Source: Octopus bimaculoides (lineage: Eukaryota). Taken from it: a DNA stretch of 64,000 nt. Position 1 is the first letter of the stretch; each line of letters begins with the position of its first letter. Position numbers and translations under genes: made by a program. The notes beneath the pieces were generated by a model, which saw nothing but the letters and a program-made list of their open reading frames with translations, had not been told where the DNA came from and ran no database searches. Of the stretch, positions 1 to 9,668 are shown in pieces. The stretch spans positions 9,816,647 to 9,880,646 of the forward strand of contig NC_068992.1 of NCBI RefSeq assembly GCF_001194135.2. The letters are read 5' to 3'.

Positions 1-109
1 CAGACACATTGAAGGACACGCATGCGTAGACACATACAATAGGAATACAAAATACAAAATGGCTGATAGTTAGCAAGGTGAGACACACATAAGAAAGAAG
101 GAAACAAAG

Positions 110-153
110 GACCACTGATGAGGTCACAGAAGTGTGACGAAAGAACTCTGGCC
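110..153 (+). ncRNA. Candidate minimal type-I hammerhead ribozyme
   Basis: GACCA-CTGATGA(115-121)-G-GTCACA/GAAG/TGTGAC(stem II 123-138)-GAAA(139-142)-G-AA-C-T-C(148)-TGGCC. All core nucleotides are present; stem I has 4 of 5 pairs; stem III is 2 bp; predicted cleavage after C148. Confidence 0.6.
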
Positions 154-269
154 GAAATAAGATTAAGATTAAGATTAATGTAATATAAAGCTGAAAAAAA
201 AAAATTAACACCAAATATACAGTGCGTGTGTTTTTATTGGCTAAACTGGCAATATGACCATCCCCAAGT

Positions 270-276
<7 letters not shown>

Positions 277-312
<36 letters not shown>
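277..312. repeat. (TA)n microsatellite
   Basis: Direct reading. Confidence 0.95.
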
Positions 313-313
<1 letters not shown>

Positions 314-759
314 GTAAAAGTAGCCCGCTGGAATGAGTGTTCAACACCGTGTGAATTACAGCTTCATGTTTCATGTTAAGTACAGTGGGAAAATATGTAA
401 GTATCTTAACAGCTTTTCAAGCTAGTCATATGGAGAAATGTGTTCACCTCTATTTTGGAAAACAATCTCATTTTATTCATAGAATTTCTTGTAAATTTGC
501 GTAAGTGAAACAATAATTCAAGGGACGCTACTCTAGAAGGCATTTTTGGTGTTTGTCTCCCTTGGATTTGTCTTTTCGGTAATTAAAAAATTCTTTTTGC
601 ATTCTTTGTATGATCTTGTTCTGGGCATGGTGTTTTGTACTTCTATGTTGGAGCTCATTTCTTCTCTGTGCGGAGTTTGTGACATTACTTCTGTGCTGTG
701 TGAAGTTTGTGTGCTATGTGTGTTCACGTATATGGAGGGGCTATCCTGGTAGGGTTTAC

Positions 760-1190
760 CTCGTTTATAGGAATCTTCTTTAAAGTGTTTGAGAGCAAAA
801 TGTTCCTTATGTATGCAGGGAAAGAAGCTTTCATCCCTAATATTTAAGAGGTTGTTTGTTGATTAAATAATATATAATTTTTCAGTAATGCAGATTTCAC
901 ATTTGGTGCCCTGTTGTCTGTATTTTTTTGGCTTTAGCAATAATTTACCACTATCTGGGGGTTACTTATCCCACCTTCTCCCATGTCCGTATCGTATTTG
1001 TTAGGGATGTCACACGTTTGTTTTTTTTTTGGGGGGGGGGTGTCTCTTGATGACGCTAGGTGTTGCATATACCTTTCCTTGAACGAGTTTCTCGTCTTTC
1101 CCATATACATCTTTGGTATTCCGTTGGGGTCCATGACCTTGACCTTGTATACAAGTTCTTTCTTGAGACAATTGTTATTTATAGGGCAAA
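760..1190 (-). mobile_element. Penelope-like element relic, GIY-YIG endonuclease C-terminal region (frameshifted)
   Basis: Minus strand reads CPINNNCLKKELVYKVKV...KMYMGKTRNSFKERYMQH, then after frameshifts GTKCEICITEKLYII*STNNLLNIRDESFFPCIH. This is the PLE GIY-YIG plus CxxC...LLNxRxE...CxH signature. Confidence 0.75.
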
Positions 1191-1283
1191 TCGCTAAGTT
1201 ACATGGATGTAAACAAACTAACACCGCTTGCTAAGTGGTGATGGTGAGGATAAGCACAAACACAAAAAACACACACATAGGTA

Positions 1284-1766
1284 TGTAGCGGGCTGGATGT
1301 GGTGTGCCATACCAATTCGATACGATGTAGCCCACCACTAAATGTAGAGTACAGATGTAACTCTTCAAGGTTCTCGCGTCGGAGTAACCAGTGTAGATCG
1401 AAGAATTAACACCAAGAAGGAAGAAATGTTATTTACATATATTTATTCGTTTACTCGACAGGTTGTTACAGAGACAGTAGCAATTCAAGTGTTAGTGACG
1501 ACAAGGATGACTCGCTAGATAGCAGTTGATATGTAGAAAAAGGTTGTCTGTCAGTAGAGAGGGAAAGGGTAAGGTAGTCATGGTGCTGACTAGAAAGGAT
1601 AAAGGCGGTATCGTCTTTCTTGCGGTCGAAAGCCTCTCTTAGCATGTCGAGCGAAGGGCGAAAGGAAGTGCTGCTCTTGGTTAAGGCTGATCCAAAAGCG
1701 AGTGTTGCTCCTTTGGTCTGGCTGACACCAAAGAGCCGGTGTTGCTCTTTGGTCATAGCTGATACA
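1284..1766 (-). mobile_element. Solo-LTR-like sequence
   Basis: ~480-bp CpG-rich block bounded by TGT...ACA, with AATAAA on the minus strand near 1445; no matching TSD found. Confidence 0.3.
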
Positions 1767-2264
1767 TAAGAGAAAGAGATAGAAAATTCTCTCTGTTATA
1801 TAGGCTATGGTCAGTAATGTAGGTCAAACCTTAAACAAAGAACTGACCTTTCTTTGACCAGTACTGGTCCTAGGGGACGGAGTGTTTCCTCATCAATCAT
1901 CTAGTGTGGAGGATTTCCGGCTCGTTTTGACAAGCAACAAGCCAGTGGATTTGGTTTCAAATCTCAAGCCGGGTCAAGCTAGACCCCCCCCCCACAGGTA
2001 CATGTATGTATGTATGCATGTATACCAAGTTTTCTCACAAGGCTTCGTTGACCCAGGGCTATGGTGCCACAAACTGGAACTGAACCTCAAAATCATATTC
2101 CAGTTTTTAAGCAAGGATCTTACCACACAGCCTTGCCAAATGGATGCAAAATCTATTTTGTTTTCTCATTCAGAGGAAGAAAAAGGCAAATAAGTTTCAT
2201 TAAGACTTAGAGCTGGGATCAGTGTAGTATTTGTCAGTTGAAGAAGTAATATAATCTAGTTCTC

Positions 2265-2500
2265 TTCTCTTCAAGACTCGCTTCCCCACCTGAATTCAGG
2301 TGTCCACTTTGGCACTATTAAAGCTGGAGCGACATATCCTAATGTAGCGACCATGTCAGCATGAATATCCTTCGGGCTAAACCTGTTTTTTTTTTTTTCT
2401 GCAAATACTTCGTAACACCATCATGCCAAATTTTGTCCAATTTCAAGAGAAGTTACTCGTGAAGTCTGCTTTGAACAGTCGGATGTCAATTTACCTGGAA
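2265..2500 (-). mobile_element. Mariner transposase N-terminal (HTH) relic
   Basis: Minus strand from 2440 reads (L)DKIWHDGVTKYLQKK-GLAPKDIHADMVATLGYVAPAL..VPKWTPEFRWGSES with frameshifts, matching the mariner N-terminus pattern ending ...KWxxEFRxGRESLED. Confidence 0.65.
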
Positions 2501-2652
2501 TAAAACACTTCAGTTATTAATAAGAAGAGTTGATATTAATGCATGCAAGATTAAAAATAAAAATCTATTCTGCTTTCACGGATCCCTTGTCAATGTAATG
2601 GAACGTTTATGAAATTAACCTAATTGTCTGAATTTTGAACGGTGGTCTGTTT

Positions 2653-2703
2653 GTTGCTATGGCAACTGTGTCGACTTCCGCTTAAGAGGACTCGTTGCAT
2701 TGG
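2653..2703 (+). promoter_or_regulatory. Promoter module upstream of DCST1: RFX X-box, ETS site, inverted CCAAT
   Basis: GTTGCTATGGCAAC at 2653-2666 (X-box consensus), ACTTCCG at 2674-2680, ATTGG at 2699-2703. Confidence 0.6.
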
Positions 2704-3324
2704 CTAAAGATATACAACGTAAAATGCATCTATCTTGTTTATTAATAATTTTTCGAAACAAAAAATGCTTTATTCGTCATCAGTATCAAAAGCTACATCA
2801 GCTTGGGAATTTGAAAACAATCCATTGAGAATTGAAAAATCTTCAAGTAGTTTGAAGAAAACAGTCGGAAGAAGCCATCTTGTGTACCTACCTTGGGTTT
2901 CTATAACAAATGTTTAAACCCTCACAGGTATGCCCGTTAGAGTGCTTTACTGTTCCAACGCCTTAGCATCACCATCATCCGTAGTAATGCCGTGAGTGTG
3001 TTGGCTTGCTTCAATAAGTTCCGGTAACCTTTATGGTATGTGATCGATTGATGCACTTAGTGTTGAATTTATGTTTGGTTTTCTGTTCTGCTTTTTTTTT
3101 TGTTTGTTCTTTTTTCGCTCATGATTGTAAAAAAAAAAAGAATGTCAAAACAATTTGTCTATTTGAACATGAGCGTTTCAAACGCCATCACTTTACTACG
3201 CTTGAAAGAAAGAGATAAAAGATTGAGAGGGATGAATATAGAGGGAGACAGACAGATGGAAAGAAAGAGAGGGTGAAACTGATGAGAGAAAATTTCAAAC
3301 AAAATATATTCAAAACTTGAAGTA

Positions 3325-5373
3325 ATGGGGCAGTCTGTTACAAAGCTGAAATATTCTATCATCAAAGTTCTCAAATCAGATCCATCAGAATATCGATGGC
3401 TTAAAGCCATTGTAGGATTTCCAATCGGACTTTTTATCAGTTTGGCATTTTACGTAGTTATTCTTAGCCAATCAAGTTTACCTGTATTGATCCAGCAATA
3501 CCTAGGAGCAATATTTTGCATACTATATTCCTTTGGCTATGCATTTTCAGCACAAGTGCGATGTATGGCGTGGCTGGTTGTTCCCAATTTATTCGGAAGA
3601 GGAGGCCGTTCTTTTATCCATACAATCGCTGTAATGTATTTAGTACAGGGGCCAATCAATAGTATTGTGCTCAACGGTAAAATAGTTGTTTCGTCTTTTA
3701 GATGTGCATCGGAACTGATAAGGAACCATTCCGTTTCAAGGTTCGAGTTCAGCCGAAAACCTTTGGAGACTGCTCTTTTTGAACTCAAAAAATCAGATAG
3801 CAAGCTGACAAAACTTTCTAACAAAATGAAACAATCGTTTAGTAAAATAGAGGATGAAATAGAAGGCCAAGCTGAAGTTAGATCTATGAAAGAAGAGACT
3901 GAAGCTATCGATAACAACCAGCGAAATGAGCCCCGCGCTGATATGATAGAAAATAAACGAAAAATAGAAACAGAGGACACGGATGCGGACACGATCGAAA
4001 AGCGCTATGCCAAAAAGGGTGATTATCGCTGTCAAAGCATCTTCAACAGTGGCATCAGTAACTGCAAACAAGCAATCGACAACATATATAACAAATGTAT
4101 AGATAAAGTTAAGGTTATTGGCCCGATTGTTTGTCAAATCGTCGCTTTCAATTTCGTCTGCAATGTATTTAAGCTTGTTCCAAATCTTATTGGACACACT
4201 TGCGATTCGATGCCTGTCTTAGGAACAGGGTTTGGGGAAGTCTACGTACAGGAAAAAGCTATGTTAGATAGTTTTGGTTCAAACGACCAATTGAATTTCC
4301 AATACAAAGTTATCGATCCGGAAAGACGAGTGAACATAACTACACTCAAAGAACTCCAGAAAAGCATCATGCACACCTTCAAGAAACGACAAGTTTGGAT
4401 CAATTTCTTCCAAGATATGTTGATGAATATTTTAGGATTCACTTTTCTTCTTATACTCGTCCATTCCTACAGCTACACAAAGAACTATCTTGTGGATTTA
4501 GACTTCGATAATATCTACATAACTGCTTACTTCCGGAGAATCGACTTACGTAGAGCCTTGGCTGGTAAAATGACATTGCTTCCTTTGCGGAAATTTGAAG
4601 AGAATACTCTAGTTACTCCTTTAAGCTGCAGAATATTAAAAGGAGAAAGAAAGAAAATCATCAGCGGTACTTTGATGTTGATTGTTCGTTATGTGGTGAT
4701 TCTTAATATTGTAATGTTTGATTGGATCATTTATACCGTTCTTAATATCATCAAAAACCAAAGTCGAATTGATTACCACCAAAAGGGTTTCCAGAAAATC
4801 GAAGTTGCTATTCTCGGAAGTGGTTTTATGAGCGACATAGTAAGGACAATGCTGAATAGTTTCACACAAAAACACACGATTGACGAAATTACCACCAATT
4901 TCCTATGTCTACCTAAACCAGTCAAGACTGATAAACGTATTATATACCAAACTCTGGCTTTTTATATTGCCGTCTGGTTTCTCATGTTATCTGAGTCATT
5001 TGCTCTACGATTACGCCGTCTGATTGCTGCCTTTTTCTTTCGTCGCCGAGAGAAATCCAGAATTCTTTACCTCTATAATAGCACACTAAAAAAACGGCGG
5101 GGTTACATCAATTATATGAAGGAATATGTTCGTAGTTTAGCCAAACAAAAAAGACTTGCAGAAAAACACGGGTTGTTAAATGCACTAACTCGTACTTTTC
5201 CACGATTAGGCTCCTGTCTGAAAAGATTGCCTGGAATGAAACCAGTTTGTTTAATATGTGCTGACAAATTGAAAAATGGTGCTGGCGAACAGTGCACCAA
5301 CAAGGAATGTATGTCGCGATATTGTTCGGTTTGTTGGGGTGATATGGAATACCGTTGTTATGCATGTCCGTAA
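3325..5373 (+). CDS. DCST1: DC-STAMP domain-containing protein 1 (sneaky/SPE-42 family sperm fusion factor), single coding exon, 682 aa
   Basis: Uninterrupted ORF with multi-TM N-terminus. DCST1-type motifs VRCMAWLVVPNLFGRGGR, FDNIYITAYFRRIDLRR...KMTLLPLRKFEE, CLPKPV, LRLRRLIAAFFF.RREKSRILYLYN; C-terminal Cys-rich RING-like CLIC...C...C...YCSVCW.DM..RC..C. Confidence 0.92.
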   Translation: MGQSVTKLKYSIIKVLKSDPSEYRWLKAIVGFPIGLFISLAFYVVILSQSSLPVLIQQYLGAIFCILYSFGYAFSAQVRCMAWLVVPNLFGRGGRSFIHTIAVMYLVQGPINSIVLNGKIVVSSFRCASELIRNHSVSRFEFSRKPLETALFELKKSDSKLTKLSNKMKQSFSKIEDEIEGQAEVRSMKEETEAIDNNQRNEPRADMIENKRKIETEDTDADTIEKRYAKKGDYRCQSIFNSGISNCKQAIDNIYNKCIDKVKVIGPIVCQIVAFNFVCNVFKLVPNLIGHTCDSMPVLGTGFGEVYVQEKAMLDSFGSNDQLNFQYKVIDPERRVNITTLKELQKSIMHTFKKRQVWINFFQDMLMNILGFTFLLILVHSYSYTKNYLVDLDFDNIYITAYFRRIDLRRALAGKMTLLPLRKFEENTLVTPLSCRILKGERKKIISGTLMLIVRYVVILNIVMFDWIIYTVLNIIKNQSRIDYHQKGFQKIEVAILGSGFMSDIVRTMLNSFTQKHTIDEITTNFLCLPKPVKTDKRIIYQTLAFYIAVWFLMLSESFALRLRRLIAAFFFRRREKSRILYLYNSTLKKRRGYINYMKEYVRSLAKQKRLAEKHGLLNALTRTFPRLGSCLKRLPGMKPVCLICADKLKNGAGEQCTNKECMSRYCSVCWGDMEYRCYACP

Positions 5374-5532
5374 GCATGTCGAATATTTAGAGTTAAAAAA
5401 ATATATATATATGTGTGTGTGTGTAAAGAAATTAGGGGGAGTTGAACTGCTAGCAGAAGCTATGCGTTTAAAAGAAAAACCAACAACAAAATAAAACGAT
5501 GTAAGAAATTACTTTATGTAGTTAACTGAATG

Positions 5533-5538
5533 AATAAA
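5533..5538 (+). terminator. Candidate DCST1 polyadenylation signal
   Basis: AATAAA 160 nt after the stop, followed by a T-rich tract; an alternative AATAAA lies at 5490-5495. Confidence 0.4.
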
Positions 5539-5621
5539 AGCATGAAATAACGGTTTCTTTATTATTAATTATTAATACCAATATTACACTAAGACATATC
5601 TACACAAGTATTCCCCACACT

Positions 5622-5901
5622 GACTTTGTTTCCTCATAACTTTCATAAAAATGGACATCTTTCAATGATATTTTCTGCAGATACCTTTCTGGTGGAATGG
5701 GTTACGATTATATCATATTTTAATGTGGAAAAAAAACCCATCAGATACGTTTTTCAAAATTTCAAGTTTCATTTTGTAAATCTATATTTGATGCGTATAT
5801 GTATGTATATGCCTCTCCCCTTTTTCTTAAATTCCGATATAGTCGTAATCTACACAATCTGAAAAATATTCATTTTCTGAAAGTTATGAGGAAACAAAGT
5901 C
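5622..5901. mobile_element. MITE with 24-bp perfect inverted repeats
   Basis: GACTTTGTTTCCTCATAACTTTCA (5622-5645) is the exact reverse complement of 5878-5901. Related half-copies near 26830, 29310 and 41090. Confidence 0.7.
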
Positions 5902-6194
5902 GATGGTGGGAGCTCACTTGGGTAGTGTCATGTCACATATCCATTCATCTCTCTTTTTTGTTCCACTCCACCGCAGTCACTTCTTAAACCCCTCATTAAC
6001 CAGTACATTCAGACTTTTTTCAGAAGTCCCATTCTCTGGAATTCTCTTGTTCCCTTTTCTACCATTGTCCATTTTCCGTCTGTTGTCGAGTTGCCTTTTG
6101 CTCCAGAGAAACATTGTGTCTTGGAGGCTCTGTGAAGGCATTGACAACAATCCCTTCTAGACTACACTCACGAACGCATGCACACATACAAACA

Positions 6195-6810
6195 CACACA
6201 CGCATATCTTTTATCTTTTACTTGTTTTAGTCATTGGACTGTGGTCAAGCTGAGCTGGAGCATCACCTTGAAAGGTCAGTCGAACAAATTGACCCTAGTA
6301 ATTAGTTACTTTTATGTGTGATACTCATTCAATCAGTCTCTTTTACTGAACCATTAAATTACAAGAATGTAAACAAACCAATACTAGTTGTCAAGCAGTG
6401 GTAGGGAACAAATGCAAACACACACTCACACACTATACGATCGGGTTCTTTTAGTTTCTTGTTTCTTTATTGCCCACAGGGGGCTAAACATAGAGGGAAC
6501 AAACAAGAACAGACGAACGGATTAAGTCAATTACATCGACCCCAGTGCGTAACTGGTACTTAATTTATCGACCCCGAAAGGATGAAAGGCAAAGTCGACC
6601 TCGGTGGAATTTGAACTCAGAACGTAACGGCAGACGAAATACCACTAAGCATTTCATCAGGCACGCTAACGTTTCTGCCAGCTCGCCACCTTTTAGTTTC
6701 TGCCTCCCAAATCCACTCACAAGGCTTTGATTGGCATAGTGCTACAATAGAAGACACTTGCCCAAGGTACCATGTGCTTGGAAAGCAAACTTCTTACCAC
6801 ACTGTCGCAC
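6195..6810 (-). mobile_element. tRNA-derived SINE family A copy, interrupted by a family B SINE
   Basis: Family A tail at ~6195-6458 and head at ~6691-6810 match the other family A copies in the window. Confidence 0.7.
6460..6690 (-). mobile_element. tRNA-derived SINE family B, well preserved, with TSD
   Basis: B-box GAGTTCAAAT on the minus strand; TTTTAGTTTC duplicated at 6449-6458 and 6691-6700. Confidence 0.8.
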
Positions 6811-8587
6811 CTAATGCTTTACAGCTTGAATGTTCTTCCTGAGTAAAGTGAATGTGACATCAATGATTATCTTATGCTTGTATGGTCAGCAATATCAAGA
6901 GATTAGGGATTAGCCACCCCTTAATCACATTAAATGTGTCTTTTCAAGCAGGATCCACTATGTAATTGCTCAACCTACAAGAAATTGCAGCTAAATCACC
7001 CCTAAATCAAGGACAACAATGTCTTGTATGGAACACCTTTGATTATAGAGTTGGTCAGTCATGGCTAGGTAACCTTTTTTTTTTTTTGAAAAGTGGACTG
7101 GATGAGACATAACCTATTGTCAAGTGGGCCACACTACTATGAATAAAATTGAAGGTAGTTTTTCATTAGAGATGCCATTCAGAAAGTCCAACAGGCTGAA
7201 GGTCACTTGTGACTGCATCACAGCAACCACAACCCATAGTGTGAATTGGGCTCAACATTACAAGTCCTGGAATTTGTTATAACATCCTCACTATGAACAT
7301 TTTACTTACCTCTCTATATGTAATACTTTATTCTTTAATGAATCTTTCTGGCTCATTATGTTCTGGGCTCAAATTCTGCCAAGGATGGCTTTACCTTTTA
7401 TGGGTTGATAAAATAAGTACCAGTCACTGTATTCAGTTTACCCTCTTCTCAGAATTGGTGGCCTTGTGCCAAAGTTAGAAAGAATTCTTTAATGAAATTT
7501 ACCAATACAGACCATCACTTCTCTCATCAAATTCTAGCAGAGTCTCTACTCATACAGAAGTAATTCAACAGATCACAGCAAGATACAACTGGATGGCGAC
7601 AGTTGAAGACATGATCTGATAGTTTGGTTAGAACTGCGGTTTGACTCATTTAGCTGCAAATACTCATAGTGCCATAACAAGGATTCTCATCACTTTGGAT
7701 CAAAGCACACTTTTGTCATCCCTAAACCCAGATCGATGTAGGGATCAATATGTAAATGAGGGAGAGGCTAATATGTGGTTGGTGGAGACCTCCATCTCAG
7801 AGGAGCCCTTAGACTTAATAGTGCCCTCTTTGTTTTGAATTAGCAAAATAGTAGTGGGGGGGCTATTGGCCCTGCATCCAGCCCTGGTACACCACTACCC
7901 CATTGTAAAAAAACAGGTATGAGAGCTCGGAAGAAATTTGGCACCTTTCGTGCCTACATCAGGTGGCAATTAAACTTTGAGGGAGACTGCAGCCTCTTCC
8001 TATGCTTTTTAATACATACTGCTAATTGGTTGAAGTTAATTAAAATGTTTTTTCATTGAAAGTAGGGCTGGAAAAATGCTTCAGAACCTGATACAAATTT
8101 ACATGTAAACTGTTGAGAGCATCTATATTGAGAAAAATCAATGAATCTTCAATTTTACTAATCCATATGTAACTGGAAGAAGTTAGTGTGTCACACAGTG
8201 TCTAGTAGTGAAATGTTAGCAATGAAGGAAAATGTTTAATACTAAGTTCTGATTGTGATTCATAGTTTAAGCATTGCTCCATGTATAAGTTACACTCCTA
8301 ATTTAGTACTAAATCTTGGTACAAATTTTTTTTCCTTTCATAGTTTAAGCGTTGCCCCAATGTACAACATGCAGTCCAGTTTTTTTCAGATAAAAATCAA
8401 ATAGAAAATAGTGCAACTTATGTACACAAGTAAATACAGTATCTAATTGTTCTTTAAATACTTTCATTTCATTGTTAACATTTCACTACTAGACACAGTG
8501 TGACACACTGACTTCTTCCATCCTTTTGTTGTTTGGTGATAAATATGAAAATGATACCAGAACACACAAGATAAAAAGTATAAGCTC

Positions 8588-8593
8588 TTTATT
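8588..8593 (-). terminator. Candidate ALDH2 polyadenylation signal
   Basis: AATAAA on the minus strand ~350 nt after the stop, followed by U/GU-rich sequence. Confidence 0.4.
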
Positions 8594-8939
8594 TCTTGTA
8601 ATAAATGATTATTCTACAGAGATATCCTGTAGGATTTCTTAAGGAGAAAATATAATTAAAAAAATATATGTGTGTGACCATATATATTCATCTATCTTCT
8701 GCAGACAATTGAATATTCCACACACTATCAATACACATTAAACACCCATTCTTCAGTTCATTATATCTGTGCGCAAGTATTCCTACTAAAATTTGTTCCT
8801 TTTGAAAAGGTTTTTAATGCATTTTTAAACGTGCATACAGACACACATACTTTATATATGTGTGAGAGAGAGAGAGAAAGAGAGAGAATTTATAAATTCG
8901 TAGAAGTTGCTTGTATTTTTGAGTCTGCAAAACTTCAAC

Positions 8940-8972
8940 TTAAGAATTCTTCTGAGGCACTTTAATGGTAAC
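8940..8972 (-). CDS. ALDH2: ALDH2 exon 14 (terminal)
   Basis: [10 protein letters not shown], 33 nt. Confidence 0.92.
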   Translation of the reverse strand, partial: VTIKVPQKNS

Positions 8973-9075
8973 CTGAAAAACAAGAATTTCAAAAATAGAA
9001 CAGGTTTCTTGAAATTTTATATGTATTCTACAATGTTTGTGACAAAACAAATCTGAGTTATTTTCTTTTCATTTC

Positions 9076-9107
<32 letters not shown>

Positions 9108-9428
9108 ATACACACACACTAGAAAAAAAAAAACTTCAAGAAAGGTCAGTAACATTTTCATAAAAGATCTGATAACATTTTAAAAATAATTTTTTAAATC
9201 ACCTTTACACTTCAAAAACTATATTAATATATATCATCATCATTTAACATTCGCTGTCTCCATGCTGATATGGGTTGGACAGTTTGACTGGGCTGGCATG
9301 TTGGAACCAGACTCCAGTTGATCGATAAATTTGTTAGTGGAGTAACTAACCTATTAACTAACAATACAAGACCGAACAAGTGTGTGTGTTCATTATTACC
9401 AGCATAATACCCCTCCCAAGTTTCAATA

Positions 9429-9462
<34 letters not shown>

Positions 9463-9625
9463 TATAAATATATATATATATATATATAAAGGTGCATGCA
9501 TGATTGAGTGATTCAGAAGTTTGCTTCCCTACCATATATCATTTCAGGTTCACTCCCACTATGTGGCATCTGGGTGTCTTATAACCCTGTGTTGACCAAA
9601 GCTTTATGAATCTGGTAGACAAAAG

Positions 9626-9668
<43 letters not shown>

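Noticed and set aside
2740-2790. Minus-strand CTGATGA...GAAA upstream of DCST1
   Set aside because: Stem II is weak and stems I and III cannot form.
3537-5377. Minus-strand ORFs overlapping DCST1, and plus-strand ORFs overlapping the large DENND4 exon (49512-50526)
   Set aside because: Antisense shadows of real coding sequence with no independent motifs.
7490-7850. Non-repetitive-looking block with a 65-aa ORF between DCST1 and ALDH2
   Set aside because: No recognisable motif or splice-consistent exon; probably a decayed TE.
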